50,582 nucleotides of DNA from Candidatus Eiseniibacteriota bacterium (lineage in GTDB: Bacteria; Eisenbacteria; RBG-16-71-46; SZUA-252), in assembly GCA_031370645.1 (NCBI GenBank), contig JANMQV010000039.1, positions 1-50,582 on the forward strand. The letters run 5' to 3'. Numbering within the stretch: the first letter of the stretch is position 1; each line of letters starts with the position of its first letter. Below the pieces are notes generated by a model. It had not been told where the DNA came from, made no database searches, and was given only the letters and a program-made list of their open reading frames with translations. A program made the position numbers and the translations under genes. This document shows, piece after piece, positions 8,083 through 16,911 of the stretch.

Positions 8083-10338
8083 ATGCTCGCCTCGCTCTCG
8101 ATATTCGCCTCCTGGCTCCACCTCCGCTGGCCCGCCGGGCGGGTTGAACCGCTCCCCGACGTCCGCGAGGACGGCAGCACGAACGTCCCCGGAATCTTCG
8201 TGGCCGGCGACCTCGCGGGAGTGCCGCTCCTCAAGTTCTCGCTCGATACCGGCGCTCGCGCCACTCAACGGATCGCCGCCGAACTCGGCTCTCAGGCCGC
8301 TTCGGATTCGGCTCGTGTCGCGCCGGCCGGAGGCTCGTCCGGACCCTCGCTCCTCGACCTCGTGATCGTCGGCGGCGGTGTGGCGGGAATGGCGGCGGCC
8401 ATCGAAGCGAAGGCGCAGGGGCTCCGTTTCGAAGTGCTCGAAGCCTCGGAGCCCTTTTCCACGATCGCCAATTTCCCGAAGCGAAAGCCGATCTACACCT
8501 ACCCGATGGGGATGACGCCGGTGGGCTCGCTCCAGGTTTCGGCCACGGTGAAGGAGCCGCTCCTCGAGGAACTCCGCGCGCAGGCGACGGCCGCGGGGAT
8601 CGCTCCCCTGGCGGGCCGGGCCGAGCGAATCGAGAGGACGGGGGAGACGCTGACGATACACATGGCGGAAGGCGCCCCACTTCGCGCCCGCCGCGTGCTC
8701 CTTACCCTCGGAAGAAGCGGCGACTTCCGCCGTCTCGGCGTGCCGGGGGAGTCGCTCGACAAAGTCTCGAACCGGCTCCACGATCCCGCCGATTTTGCCG
8801 GCAAGGACGTCCTCGTGGTCGGTGGCGGCGACTCGGCGCTCGAGACGGCAATCGCACTTGGGAGCGCGGGCGCGCGAGTGACGCTGGCCCACCGCGGGCG
8901 CGAATTCGTGAGGCCGAAGCCGGAGAACGCGGAACAGGCCGGCCGTGTCGCCACGATTCGATTCGAGACCCGCGTGAAGGAGATCGGCAGCGACCGCGCC
9001 ACTCTCATCGGCGCCTCGGGTGCGGAGGAGTCGCTCCCCAACGACAACGTCTTCACCATGATCGGGCGCGAGGCGCCGCTCACGTTTCTTCGCCGCTCGG
9101 GAATTCGGATTCGGGGTGAGATGCGTCCCGCCTCGTGGGTCGCCTTCGGGCTCTTCGTCCTCTTCTGCACCTGGCTCTACAACTGGAAGTCGGGCGGCTC
9201 GGCATCCGAATGGTGGGCGGCCCGGCACTGGTTCCCGTTCAACCTTCCCGATCTCCTTGCCGCCGCGGGCGGCGGAGTTGCCGCAGCCGCGGCCGATCCA
9301 AACACACTCCTCGGCACGCTCGCCATCAGCGCCGCGGGCCCGTCGTTCTGGTACACGCTCGCCTATTCGCTCGTCGTCGCGATCTTCGGCGTTCGCCGCA
9401 TTCGCCGACGCCGCACTCCCTACGTCACGGCGCAGACGCTCACGCTCATGGCGATTCAGGTCGTCCCGCTCTTCCTTCTCCCCGAGGTGATCCTTCCGCT
9501 TCTCGGATACCACGGACTTCTCCCGCGGGGGATCGCCGACGCGCTCTTCCCCGTGGTGACGTACGGGCACGGCCGAGAATACTGGCGCGCCTACGGGCTC
9601 ATCCTCGCGTGGCCGCTCAATGTCTACAACGTCTTCACGCACGAGCCGCTGGGATGGTGGCTCGTCATCTCGGCGGTGCAGACCCTGGTTCTCATTCCGC
9701 TCGGGATCTATTTCTACGGAAAGGGAATCTACTGCGGCTGGATCTGCTCCTGCGGCGCCCTGGCGGAGACGCTCGGCGACACGCATCGCCAGAAGATGCC
9801 GCACGGCCCCGGCTGGAACCGGCTGAACTTTCTCGGGCAGGGAATTCTCGGCGTGGCCGTCCTCCTCCTCCTCCTCCGCGTCGTGGGATGGATTCTCCCC
9901 GACGGGAACGCCATCGACGCCGTCTTCGATCCCTGGTTCAAGACTTCCTACAAGTGGACCGTCGACGTGGCGCTGGCCGGGGTTGTCGGGTACGGGGCGT
10001 ACTTCTGGTTCTCGGGGCGCGTTTGGTGCCGCTTCATGTGCCCCCTGGCGGCGCTCATGCACCTCTACGCCCGCTTCAGCCGCTTCGCTATCGTGGCGGA
10101 GAAGAAGAAGTGCATCTCCTGCAATGTCTGCACGTCGGTCTGCCACCAAGGGATCGACGTCATGTCGTTCGCCAACAAAGGCGCGCCGATGAACGATCCG
10201 GAATGCGTTCGTTGTTCCGCGTGCGTGCAATCCTGCCCGACCGGCGTTCTCACGTTCGGCCGCATCGATCGCGCGGGGAAGACCATCGCGCTCGACCTCC
10301 TTCCGGCATCGCCGGTCCAGATGCGAGAGCGGGCATGA
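8083..10338 (+). CDS. FAD/NAD(P)H TrxB-like oxidoreductase fused to a NapH/MauN-type membrane domain with 2x[4Fe-4S]
   Basis: Motifs TNVPGIFVAGD, IVGGGVAG, VVGGGDSA, TM helices, YCGWICSCG, WCRFMCP, CISCNVCTSVCH and CVRCSACVQSCP. TATCAT lies 7 nt before ATG 8083 (alternative start 8074). Confidence 0.88.
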   Translation: MLASLSIFASWLHLRWPAGRVEPLPDVREDGSTNVPGIFVAGDLAGVPLLKFSLDTGARATQRIAAELGSQAASDSARVAPAGGSSGPSLLDLVIVGGGVAGMAAAIEAKAQGLRFEVLEASEPFSTIANFPKRKPIYTYPMGMTPVGSLQVSATVKEPLLEELRAQATAAGIAPLAGRAERIERTGETLTIHMAEGAPLRARRVLLTLGRSGDFRRLGVPGESLDKVSNRLHDPADFAGKDVLVVGGGDSALETAIALGSAGARVTLAHRGREFVRPKPENAEQAGRVATIRFETRVKEIGSDRATLIGASGAEESLPNDNVFTMIGREAPLTFLRRSGIRIRGEMRPASWVAFGLFVLFCTWLYNWKSGGSASEWWAARHWFPFNLPDLLAAAGGGVAAAAADPNTLLGTLAISAAGPSFWYTLAYSLVVAIFGVRRIRRRRTPYVTAQTLTLMAIQVVPLFLLPEVILPLLGYHGLLPRGIADALFPVVTYGHGREYWRAYGLILAWPLNVYNVFTHEPLGWWLVISAVQTLVLIPLGIYFYGKGIYCGWICSCGALAETLGDTHRQKMPHGPGWNRLNFLGQGILGVAVLLLLLRVVGWILPDGNAIDAVFDPWFKTSYKWTVDVALAGVVGYGAYFWFSGRVWCRFMCPLAALMHLYARFSRFAIVAEKKKCISCNVCTSVCHQGIDVMSFANKGAPMNDPECVRCSACVQSCPTGVLTFGRIDRAGKTIALDLLPASPVQMRERA

Positions 10339-11084
10339 GCGCACCGTCGCCGCTCGCGCTTCCGACCGAGGAGACGGTCCGCTTCCTGGAGCGAGCGCTC
10401 CCGCCGGCGCCGGCCACACTCCTCGAAGTCGGATGCGGCGACGGTGCCGTCGCGGTCGTGCTCGCCGCAAGAGGCTATACCGTCACGGCCCTCGACGAAT
10501 CGCTCGCGCTCGGCGTCGCTGCCGCCTCCGCGCCCGTGATCTGGATCGAATCGAACTTTCTATTCTACGAGGGCCCTGCCGGCGGCGCGCGCTTCGACTC
10601 GGTTGTCTTCACGCGATCACTCCACCATGTGGCGCCTCTCGATCGGGCGCTCGATCGGGCCGCGGCGCTCCTTCGCCCCGGGGGGCGCCTCGTGGCGGAG
10701 GAATTCGCCTTCGACCGCGTGACCCTCCCGACGGCGCGCTGGTGGTACGACCTCGAATCGATTCTCGTCGCGGCGGGACTCCTGACACCGCCCGATCCGG
10801 CGCTCGCCGCCATTCGAAATCCGCTCGGCCGCTGGAAACAGGAGCACGCTCACGATCCGCCCCTTCCGACGGGGCACGACATGCTCGCCGCCGTGCGGGA
10901 GCGCTTTGAGTGCGGGCCGGCTGAAGAGGCGCCCTACCTCTATCGCTACGCTCACGATCGCGCCCTTCCGGGAGCCGCGGCCGAACGTGCAGTACGGCAA
11001 CTTTTCGACGTCGAGAGCCGCCTGGTCCGAGAGCGCGACATCACCGCGGCGGGGCTGCGAATCGTGGCCTCGCTCCCCGCATGA
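10335..11084 (+). CDS. Class I SAM-dependent methyltransferase
   Basis: ATGA overlap. Motifs LLEVGCGDG, FDSVVFTRSLHH and LLRPGGRLV. Confidence 0.88.
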   Translation: MSAPSPLALPTEETVRFLERALPPAPATLLEVGCGDGAVAVVLAARGYTVTALDESLALGVAAASAPVIWIESNFLFYEGPAGGARFDSVVFTRSLHHVAPLDRALDRAAALLRPGGRLVAEEFAFDRVTLPTARWWYDLESILVAAGLLTPPDPALAAIRNPLGRWKQEHAHDPPLPTGHDMLAAVRERFECGPAEEAPYLYRYAHDRALPGAAAERAVRQLFDVESRLVRERDITAAGLRIVASLPA

Positions 11085-11854
11085 TTCACGTCGGCCCGAC
11101 GGAGCTCGCCCTCCTCTGTCTGGCCGCATTCACCGGCGGTGCGGTCGACGCGATCGCCGGCGGAGGCGGAATCATCACGGTCCCGGCGCTCCTCGCCGTC
11201 GGACTCCCGCCGCACTTCGCGCTCGGCACGAACAAGGGGCAAGCGGTCTGGGGTTCGGCCGCGGCCATCGTCCGCTACGCGCGCGCGGGGCTTGTCGATC
11301 GCCGCGCGGCGCTCCTGTCGTTTCCGCTCGCGCTCGTCGGCTCGGCGCTCGGCGCCCTCCTCGTGCTCCAGATCAAGCCGGGAGTCCTTCGACCGCTCGT
11401 GCTCGTCCTTCTCGTCGCGGCGGCGATCTTCCTCGCGTTCGTTCGCATGCCGTCGGCCAAAGAGGAGAAGCCACGCCACCGCTCGGCGGCGATCCTCGGG
11501 TCGATCGCGTTTCTCGTCGGTGGCTACGACGGCTTCTTCGGCCCCGGCACGGGGACGTTTCTCATCGTCCTCTACGTTGCCTTTCTCGGGATTTCCCTCT
11601 CCCGTGCGTCGGCCGACGCGAAGGTCGTGAACTGCGCCTCCAATTTTGCGGCGCTGGTGGTGTTCTCGATTCAAGGGGTGGTGGTATGGTCTCTCGCGGC
11701 GCCGATGCTCGTGGCGCAAGTGGCCGGCGGTTGGACCGGCGCCCACCTCGCGATTCGAGGAGGGAACCGATTCATCCGCTTGGTGGTTATCGTGGTCGCG
11801 CTAGCCCTTGTCGCCAAGGTCGCGCGCGATCTCTATCTTCGGGGTGGTTCCTAG
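11081..11854 (+). CDS. TSUP (TauE/SafE) family transporter
   Basis: DAIAGGGGIITVPALL, ALGTNK and GGYDGFFGPGTGTF; ATGA overlap. Confidence 0.92.
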   Translation: MIHVGPTELALLCLAAFTGGAVDAIAGGGGIITVPALLAVGLPPHFALGTNKGQAVWGSAAAIVRYARAGLVDRRAALLSFPLALVGSALGALLVLQIKPGVLRPLVLVLLVAAAIFLAFVRMPSAKEEKPRHRSAAILGSIAFLVGGYDGFFGPGTGTFLIVLYVAFLGISLSRASADAKVVNCASNFAALVVFSIQGVVVWSLAAPMLVAQVAGGWTGAHLAIRGGNRFIRLVVIVVALALVAKVARDLYLRGGS

Positions 11855-11858
11855 GGGG

Positions 11859-12446
11859 ATGAAGATGTCGAAACCGATTCGCGATCTCGCTTCTGCGATG
11901 CTCACCCTCGCCGTGGTGACGCTCGTTGCGGCCTCCTGCTCGAAGGCGCCAAGCAGCGAGCCATCGGCTGCCGCGCCGGACACGATGGCCACGGCCGAGC
12001 GCGGCGCCTACCTCGCGACGGCGATGGGTTGCCACGACTGTCACACGCCGGGTGGCGTCTACGGAACTCCTGACTTCCAACGCGCCTTGTCCGGAAGCGA
12101 AGTGGGCTGGGGTGGGCCGTGGGGCGTTTCCTACGCGAGGAATATCACGCCCGATCCGGTCACCGGGATCGGCGCTTGGACGGAGGACCAGATCGTCCTC
12201 ACCCTGCGGACCGGGAGCCGTCCCGATGGCACCGGTCTCCTCCCCCCGATGCCGTGGCCGAACACGGCATCCCTCAAGCCTCGCGATGTTCGCTCGCTGG
12301 CGAAGTATCTGAAGAGCATCGTGCCGGTGAAGCACGAAGTGCCGATGGCGGTGCTCCCGGGCCAGAAGGCGGCCACGCCCGTCATCGCGCTACCGGCGCC
12401 CGGCGCGTGGGACGCGCCCGCGGCACCGGCGGCCACGACGCCGTAG
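11859..12446 (+). CDS. Monoheme cytochrome c lipoprotein
   Basis: Lipobox AASC, ERGAYLA..GCHDCHTP, NITPDPVTGIG.W and PPMPW (Met axial ligand). Start at 11859 or 11865. Confidence 0.88.
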   Translation: MKMSKPIRDLASAMLTLAVVTLVAASCSKAPSSEPSAAAPDTMATAERGAYLATAMGCHDCHTPGGVYGTPDFQRALSGSEVGWGGPWGVSYARNITPDPVTGIGAWTEDQIVLTLRTGSRPDGTGLLPPMPWPNTASLKPRDVRSLAKYLKSIVPVKHEVPMAVLPGQKAATPVIALPAPGAWDAPAAPAATTP

Positions 12447-12558
12447 CGCGACGCACGGTCCGACGCGGCCGAAACACCCGGCGGTCCGTGATATCCTTCT
12501 CGGGGCGGCGCCCACGCGCCGCCCCGACTTGTTTCCCCCTCATCAAGGAGCCAGGGCC

Positions 12559-13131
12559 ATGACGACCATGACGCACCGTATGATCGAACTTCCCGCGGGA
12601 TTCGGCGCCGCGGACGCCGCGCTGGTCGTGGCTTCTCTTGACGATCAGACCAAACTTCTCTTCAAAGATCTGGAAGGCGCTACGCCCGACGAGCTGCAGT
12701 GGCAGCCGCATCCCGGCATGAACACGATCGGGATGCTCCTCGCCCACATGGCCATCGTGGAGGCGTGGTGGACGCTCATCGTCGTGGCGAAGGCTCACCC
12801 GGCGGAAGTGCAACCGATTCTCGGCATCGGCGACGACGACGACGGCATGCCGATCAAGCCGGGCGCGAAGCCGATCGCGCTTCTGAACGGGAAGGACCTC
12901 GCGTTCTACAACGGCCTCCACGCGAAGGCGCGAGTCTATTTCAAGAAGATGGTCTCCGGAATGAAGGAGTCCGATCTCACGGCGGAAGTGATTCGAAAGC
13001 GCGAGGACGGCACCGAGGTCGGCATCTCGGGTCGCTGGTATCTCTACCACGTGCTCGAGCACTTCTCGGGTCACTACGGCCAGATTCTCCTCCTTCGCCA
13101 CCTCTACAAGGACGCCACGGCGCGTGCCTGA
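12559..13131 (+). CDS. DinB family protein
   Basis: AAGGAG RBS; NTIGMLLAHMAIVE and YHVLEHFSGHYGQI. Confidence 0.85.
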   Translation: MTTMTHRMIELPAGFGAADAALVVASLDDQTKLLFKDLEGATPDELQWQPHPGMNTIGMLLAHMAIVEAWWTLIVVAKAHPAEVQPILGIGDDDDGMPIKPGAKPIALLNGKDLAFYNGLHAKARVYFKKMVSGMKESDLTAEVIRKREDGTEVGISGRWYLYHVLEHFSGHYGQILLLRHLYKDATARA

Positions 13132-14539
13132 TTCGCTCGTCCGGGCTCTCTCCGAACGCGTGCGGGGCCAGGTCACCGACGGCCCCGCCGCGCCGGAGGA
13201 ATTCCGAAGTAATTTCGGACACATCGTCAACGCGACCCCTCGAGCGCTCCTCCGGCCCGCCTCGGCCGACGACGTGGTGGAGGCGATTCGCTTCGCGCGC
13301 TCCAACGGTCTTCACGTCGCCACGCGAGGAGCGGGACACAGCCAGAGCCATCTCGGCGTGAGCGACGGCGGCATTCTCCTCGACATGCGCTCGCTCGGCC
13401 GCTGTCTTCGGATCGACGGCGACGCGCGGACGATCGACGTGGAGGGGGGCGCCGTCTGGCGGAATCTCCTCGACGCGACCTACGGCGAACGGCTCGTCCC
13501 GCCGGTCCTCACGAACAATCTGAACGTCACCGTCGGTGGAACGCTGTCGATCGCGGGAATCGGCGTGGCGTCGTTCCGCCACGGCACGCAAGGGGATCAG
13601 GTCGCGGAACTCGACGTGGTCACGGGAGAAGGGGAGTTGGTGACCTGCGGCCCCGATCGCGAGCCCGATCTCTACTGGTCGGTCGTTTCCGGATTGGGCC
13701 AGGCCGGTGTGATCGTCCGCGCTCGGTTGAAACTTCGCCGCGCGAAGGCGATGACGCGTACCTACTACCTCCTTTACGACGACACCGCGCGCTTCTTTCA
13801 AGACATGAAACGCGCGATGGACGACGGCCGCTGGGATCACATCGAATCGTGGACTTCTCCCTGTCCCCAGGGCACGAAGCCGGTGAACGGGAAGCGGCAG
13901 GTCTTCGCCCGCTGGTTCTATCCCGTGCATTTGACCGTCGAGTTCGACCCCGGCGCTCCGCCCGACGATCGCGCGATGCTCGACGGCTATCGTCCCTACG
14001 AGCTTCTCTACACCGACGACCTCCCAACCCTCGAGTTCCTCGACCGGCTCGCACCGGTGTTCGATCTCTGGAAGCGCGGCGGCACCTGGGAGCACGTTCA
14101 CCCCTGGATGGAGACGGTGCTTCCGTGGGAGACGGCGCCCGCGATGCTCGAAGCGCTCCTGCCCGATCTCTCGCCGGCCATCTTGGTGGGGGGGCACGTA
14201 CTCCTCTGGCCGGCGAAGGGGAGCGCCTCCCGCTCACGACTCTTCATGCGTCCGCCGGGAGAGGACCTCATGGGATTCGGACTTCTCCCGGCGATCCCGG
14301 CGAAATTCTGGGACGAAGCGCGTCCGATGCTCGACATGGCGAGTCGGTTGAGCGTGGCCATGGGGGGAAAGCGCTACCTCTCCGGCTACGTCTCCTTCAC
14401 GCCGGAAGAGTGGCGCGCGCACTTCGGGCCGATGTGGGATCCATTCGTGGCGGCGAAGAAGAGGTGGGATCCGGACGGCATCCTGAACCCGGGCTTCGTG
14501 CCGCTCTCCGGCGGCGCCGCCGCGTCGAAGGGGCGCTGA
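13124..14539 (+). CDS. FAD-linked oxidoreductase of the VAO/PCMH family, cytokinin dehydrogenase-like
   Basis: RGAGHS (covalent-FAD His), TVGGTLS.AG, SGLGQAGVI, WEHVHPW and WDPDGILNPG. Confidence 0.85.
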   Translation: MPDSLVRALSERVRGQVTDGPAAPEEFRSNFGHIVNATPRALLRPASADDVVEAIRFARSNGLHVATRGAGHSQSHLGVSDGGILLDMRSLGRCLRIDGDARTIDVEGGAVWRNLLDATYGERLVPPVLTNNLNVTVGGTLSIAGIGVASFRHGTQGDQVAELDVVTGEGELVTCGPDREPDLYWSVVSGLGQAGVIVRARLKLRRAKAMTRTYYLLYDDTARFFQDMKRAMDDGRWDHIESWTSPCPQGTKPVNGKRQVFARWFYPVHLTVEFDPGAPPDDRAMLDGYRPYELLYTDDLPTLEFLDRLAPVFDLWKRGGTWEHVHPWMETVLPWETAPAMLEALLPDLSPAILVGGHVLLWPAKGSASRSRLFMRPPGEDLMGFGLLPAIPAKFWDEARPMLDMASRLSVAMGGKRYLSGYVSFTPEEWRAHFGPMWDPFVAAKKRWDPDGILNPGFVPLSGGAAASKGR

Positions 14540-14967
14540 TGGCGGCCCCGGTTCTCTTCGGCACGCCCGCGTGGTGCGAGGCGCTCCTTACGACGGTGAA
14601 TGGATCGAGCGAATATCGAAACGCGGCGGCGAAGTGGGGCGTGGGGTTCAACGGGAATCTGCTCTTCGCGTTCGGGGCGGGCGGCGGATTGGCGAAATCG
14701 CTTCATCTCTTCCTGCGGCTTCAAGCGGGGCGGTGCGAGGCGGCGGAGTTCGTGCCGGGGCCCTCGCATTCCGAGGCGGGATTCACGCTTCGCGCGCCGT
14801 TCCCCGTTTGGCGCGAGATTCTGGAGCGCCGAATGCTCGCGTCGACCGCGATCCTCACGGGGAAGATGAAGGTGGAAGGGGATTCGATCGCGCTTCTGCG
14901 GCACGCGGGAGCGAACCGGGCGTTGATTCACTGCACCGCATCCGTCGCGACGGAATTTCCCACGTAG
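14539..14967 (+). CDS. SCP2 sterol/lipid-binding domain protein
   Basis: TGATG overlap; FGTPAWCEAL..VN.S.EY..AAAKW and AILTGKMKVEGD. Confidence 0.75.
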   Translation: MAAPVLFGTPAWCEALLTTVNGSSEYRNAAAKWGVGFNGNLLFAFGAGGGLAKSLHLFLRLQAGRCEAAEFVPGPSHSEAGFTLRAPFPVWREILERRMLASTAILTGKMKVEGDSIALLRHAGANRALIHCTASVATEFPT

Positions 14968-15004
14968 CGCCGCGCGAACGCCGGGCGGCGTCCGCGTCGC
15001 CGCA

Positions 15005-15781
15005 CTAGGCGCTCGCCCGGATTCGCTTCCTCGCCGTCCCGCCCGCCGCCCCGCGCTTCGCCGACGTTCGCTTGGCCTTCGCCGGCTTCGAGCGCGCACT
15101 TCCGGCCGCGCTCTTCGGCTTCTTCGCCCGCCCCGCTTCCCACGCCTCGACCGAGATCGGCTTTCCCGTCTCGAGGTAGGAGCGGAGGGAATCGAGCGCC
15201 CACGACCAAGCCGCCTTCATCTTCTCGGCGTCGCGTTTCGTTGCCAGCCGGGAGTGCGTCGCTTCCACACGCGCTCTCGGCCCCTTGGCACCGCTCGCGG
15301 TCGTGATCGCAAATTCCACGATCGAGCCGGGCGCGTGTTTCTCGTTCTCCCACGTCATGCGAAGCCGGCGGGGGCGCGCCACCGCCAGGAATCGCCCGCG
15401 ATCGCCGTCCCCGTTGGAATAGGAGCCGCCCACTTCCACGTTCGCCCGCGCGCCGCGCGTGAACCAGCGCGAGAGATCGGCCGGCCGTGATAGCGCGTCG
15501 AAGGCCTTCGGAGCCGAGGCGGCCACGAGGCGCGACACCGAGATGGAGTAGCCGTCGGGCTTCTGGTGCTTGTCGCGGAGGCCCTGTTCGCGCTCGTACT
15601 GGACGGTGACCATCTGTGCCCACCAGGGGGAGAGGTCGCGGCTTTCGTGAAGCCAGGCCGCGGTCGCCTTGTGCCCCTTCGCGGCGGCGCCCCACCGGTT
15701 CAGGATGCGGAACCACTGAGACCAGCTCCTGCCGGTTCTCGTCTCCACCGCTTCGTCCGAAATCTTCGCGTCCGCCGCCAT
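15005..15781 (-). CDS. SRPBCC/AHSA1 domain protein with a DUF4287-like N-terminus and Lys/Ala/Arg-rich tail
   Basis: SDEAVETRTGRSWSQWF..WWAQMVTVQYE, then DLSRWF..RLRMTW..WSWALDSLRSYLE; GGAGG RBS. Confidence 0.8.
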   Translation of the reverse strand: MAADAKISDEAVETRTGRSWSQWFRILNRWGAAAKGHKATAAWLHESRDLSPWWAQMVTVQYEREQGLRDKHQKPDGYSISVSRLVAASAPKAFDALSRPADLSRWFTRGARANVEVGGSYSNGDGDRGRFLAVARPRRLRMTWENEKHAPGSIVEFAITTASGAKGPRARVEATHSRLATKRDAEKMKAAWSWALDSLRSYLETGKPISVEAWEAGRAKKPKSAAGSARSKPAKAKRTSAKRGAAGGTARKRIRASA

Positions 15782-15956
15782 GTGTTCCCTCCGGATTCGT
15801 GCGTCGAGGATTCGAGTTTCCGACTCATGACACCCGAAGTCAATCGCGACGGGGTGCCGCGCGGGTACCGAAACAGAAACGCGGCAGGCGACGGAGGTCC
15901 TGCGTGCGTCCCCTCCGGCGCGCCGCCGCGCCCACGTATCACTTTCTACAGAGGGT

Positions 15957-16436
15957 CTACCGAGTCGCGAGTACCGCCTCGGAACGGTGCTTCGATACCG
16001 ACCGAAGCGCCGCCATGAGATCCGCGTAAGGTAACGAGCCTTCGCCCTTTCCCTCGGACTTTTCCGCGTGCAGGACCAAATCGTTCAGAGCCACGATCCC
16101 TCGGACCGTGCCGTCGGCGTCCGCGACCGGAAGTCGCCGCACCTGGGCTTCGCCCATCTTGCGAAGGGCGATCTTGAGGTCGTCCGTGGGGAGACAGGTC
16201 TTCGGCGTCTGGTTCATGACGTCGGCGACCGTAATGGCGGACGGCGAGAGGCTCTTCATCGTGGCGGCCATGCAGATGTCACGATCCGTGATGACACCGA
16301 TCAGCTTCTGCGTGCCACCCTCCACGACGGGGACGATGCCGCAGTCCCGCCGCCACATGATCATGGCGGCGTGGGCCAGGTCATGGTGCGGCGTGCAGCA
16401 CTCGGGTTCTCTTGTCATCAGTTCTTCGATTTTCAT
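15957..16436 (-). CDS. CBS-pair protein (Hrp1/YhcV-like)
   Basis: ATG at 16436 after AAGGAG; MKIEELMT..CGIVPVV..GVITDRDIC..QVRRLPV..GIVALNDL. Confidence 0.9.
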   Translation of the reverse strand: MKIEELMTREPECCTPHHDLAHAAMIMWRRDCGIVPVVEGGTQKLIGVITDRDICMAATMKSLSPSAITVADVMNQTPKTCLPTDDLKIALRKMGEAQVRRLPVADADGTVRGIVALNDLVLHAEKSEGKGEGSLPYADLMAALRSVSKHRSEAVLATR

Positions 16437-16503
16437 GGCCCGACTCCTTTCGGTTAACGAAAGCGCACAGCAGCACGGGAACATCATGCGCACGGCGTCG
16501 AAC

Positions 16504-16520
16504 AGCAAACCCCGTGCCAC
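16504..16520 (-). promoter_or_regulatory. Sigma-54 (-24/-12) promoter for the CBS gene
   Basis: Minus strand reads GTGGCACGGGGTTTGCT, a perfect TGGCAC-N5-TTGC. IHF-like CAA-N4-TTA sites at 16530-16539 and 16572-16581. Confidence 0.85.
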
Positions 16521-16671
16521 GAGTCAGCCTAACTGTTTGGCCCTTTCGGCCTTCGTCACCGGTTTCCGCCCCAACAAGTTAGCGCACGGAACCTGCTCCG
16601 CGGATCCCGACGCCTCCGCCTGCTGCAGGCGCCTGGTTGTAACGTCTGCTTCGCGAAAGGAAAACCTGACG

Positions 16672-16884
16672 AAAAAGGGCGCGGCGGCCCCGACGCAAGC
16701 GCGCTAGGAACAAACTCGCCCGCGGCGGCGCGGGGAAGAGGGACGCCTCGAAGCGAGGGTGAGACCAACCCCATCGCTTCAAAGCCGGAGCCTGGGAGCG
16801 CGGTCGCGGCCGCTGCTCCCTGTTCCCTGGTCCCTGTTGGCCGCCGCGGGTTCTTTATGGCGGTTCGGCGATCATTTCGACGAG
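16672..16884 (-). ncRNA. Candidate sigma-54-dependent small RNA (about 210 nt)
   Basis: Lies downstream of the second -24/-12 promoter and has no credible ORF. Contains three CAGGGA repeats, three hairpins, and a short GC stem plus U-run near 16672. Confidence 0.35.
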
Positions 16885-16894
16885 GCGTTGGTGC

Positions 16895-16911
16895 TGCATA
16901 CCCCGTGCCAC
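16895..16911 (-). promoter_or_regulatory. Second sigma-54 (-24/-12) promoter
   Basis: Minus strand reads GTGGCACGGGGTATGCA, 15/16 identical to the first promoter. CAA-GGGG-TTA at 16963-16972 sits at the same 53-bp offset as in promoter 1. Confidence 0.75.

Noticed and set aside
8011-10470. Very long antisense/alternative-frame ORFs (e.g. 8011-10470 -, 9135-10334 +, 27571-29223 +, 42729-44666 -, 47683-49089 -)
   Set aside because: Shadow ORFs of real genes in high-GC DNA; Arg/Gly/Pro-rich, with no motifs or RBS.
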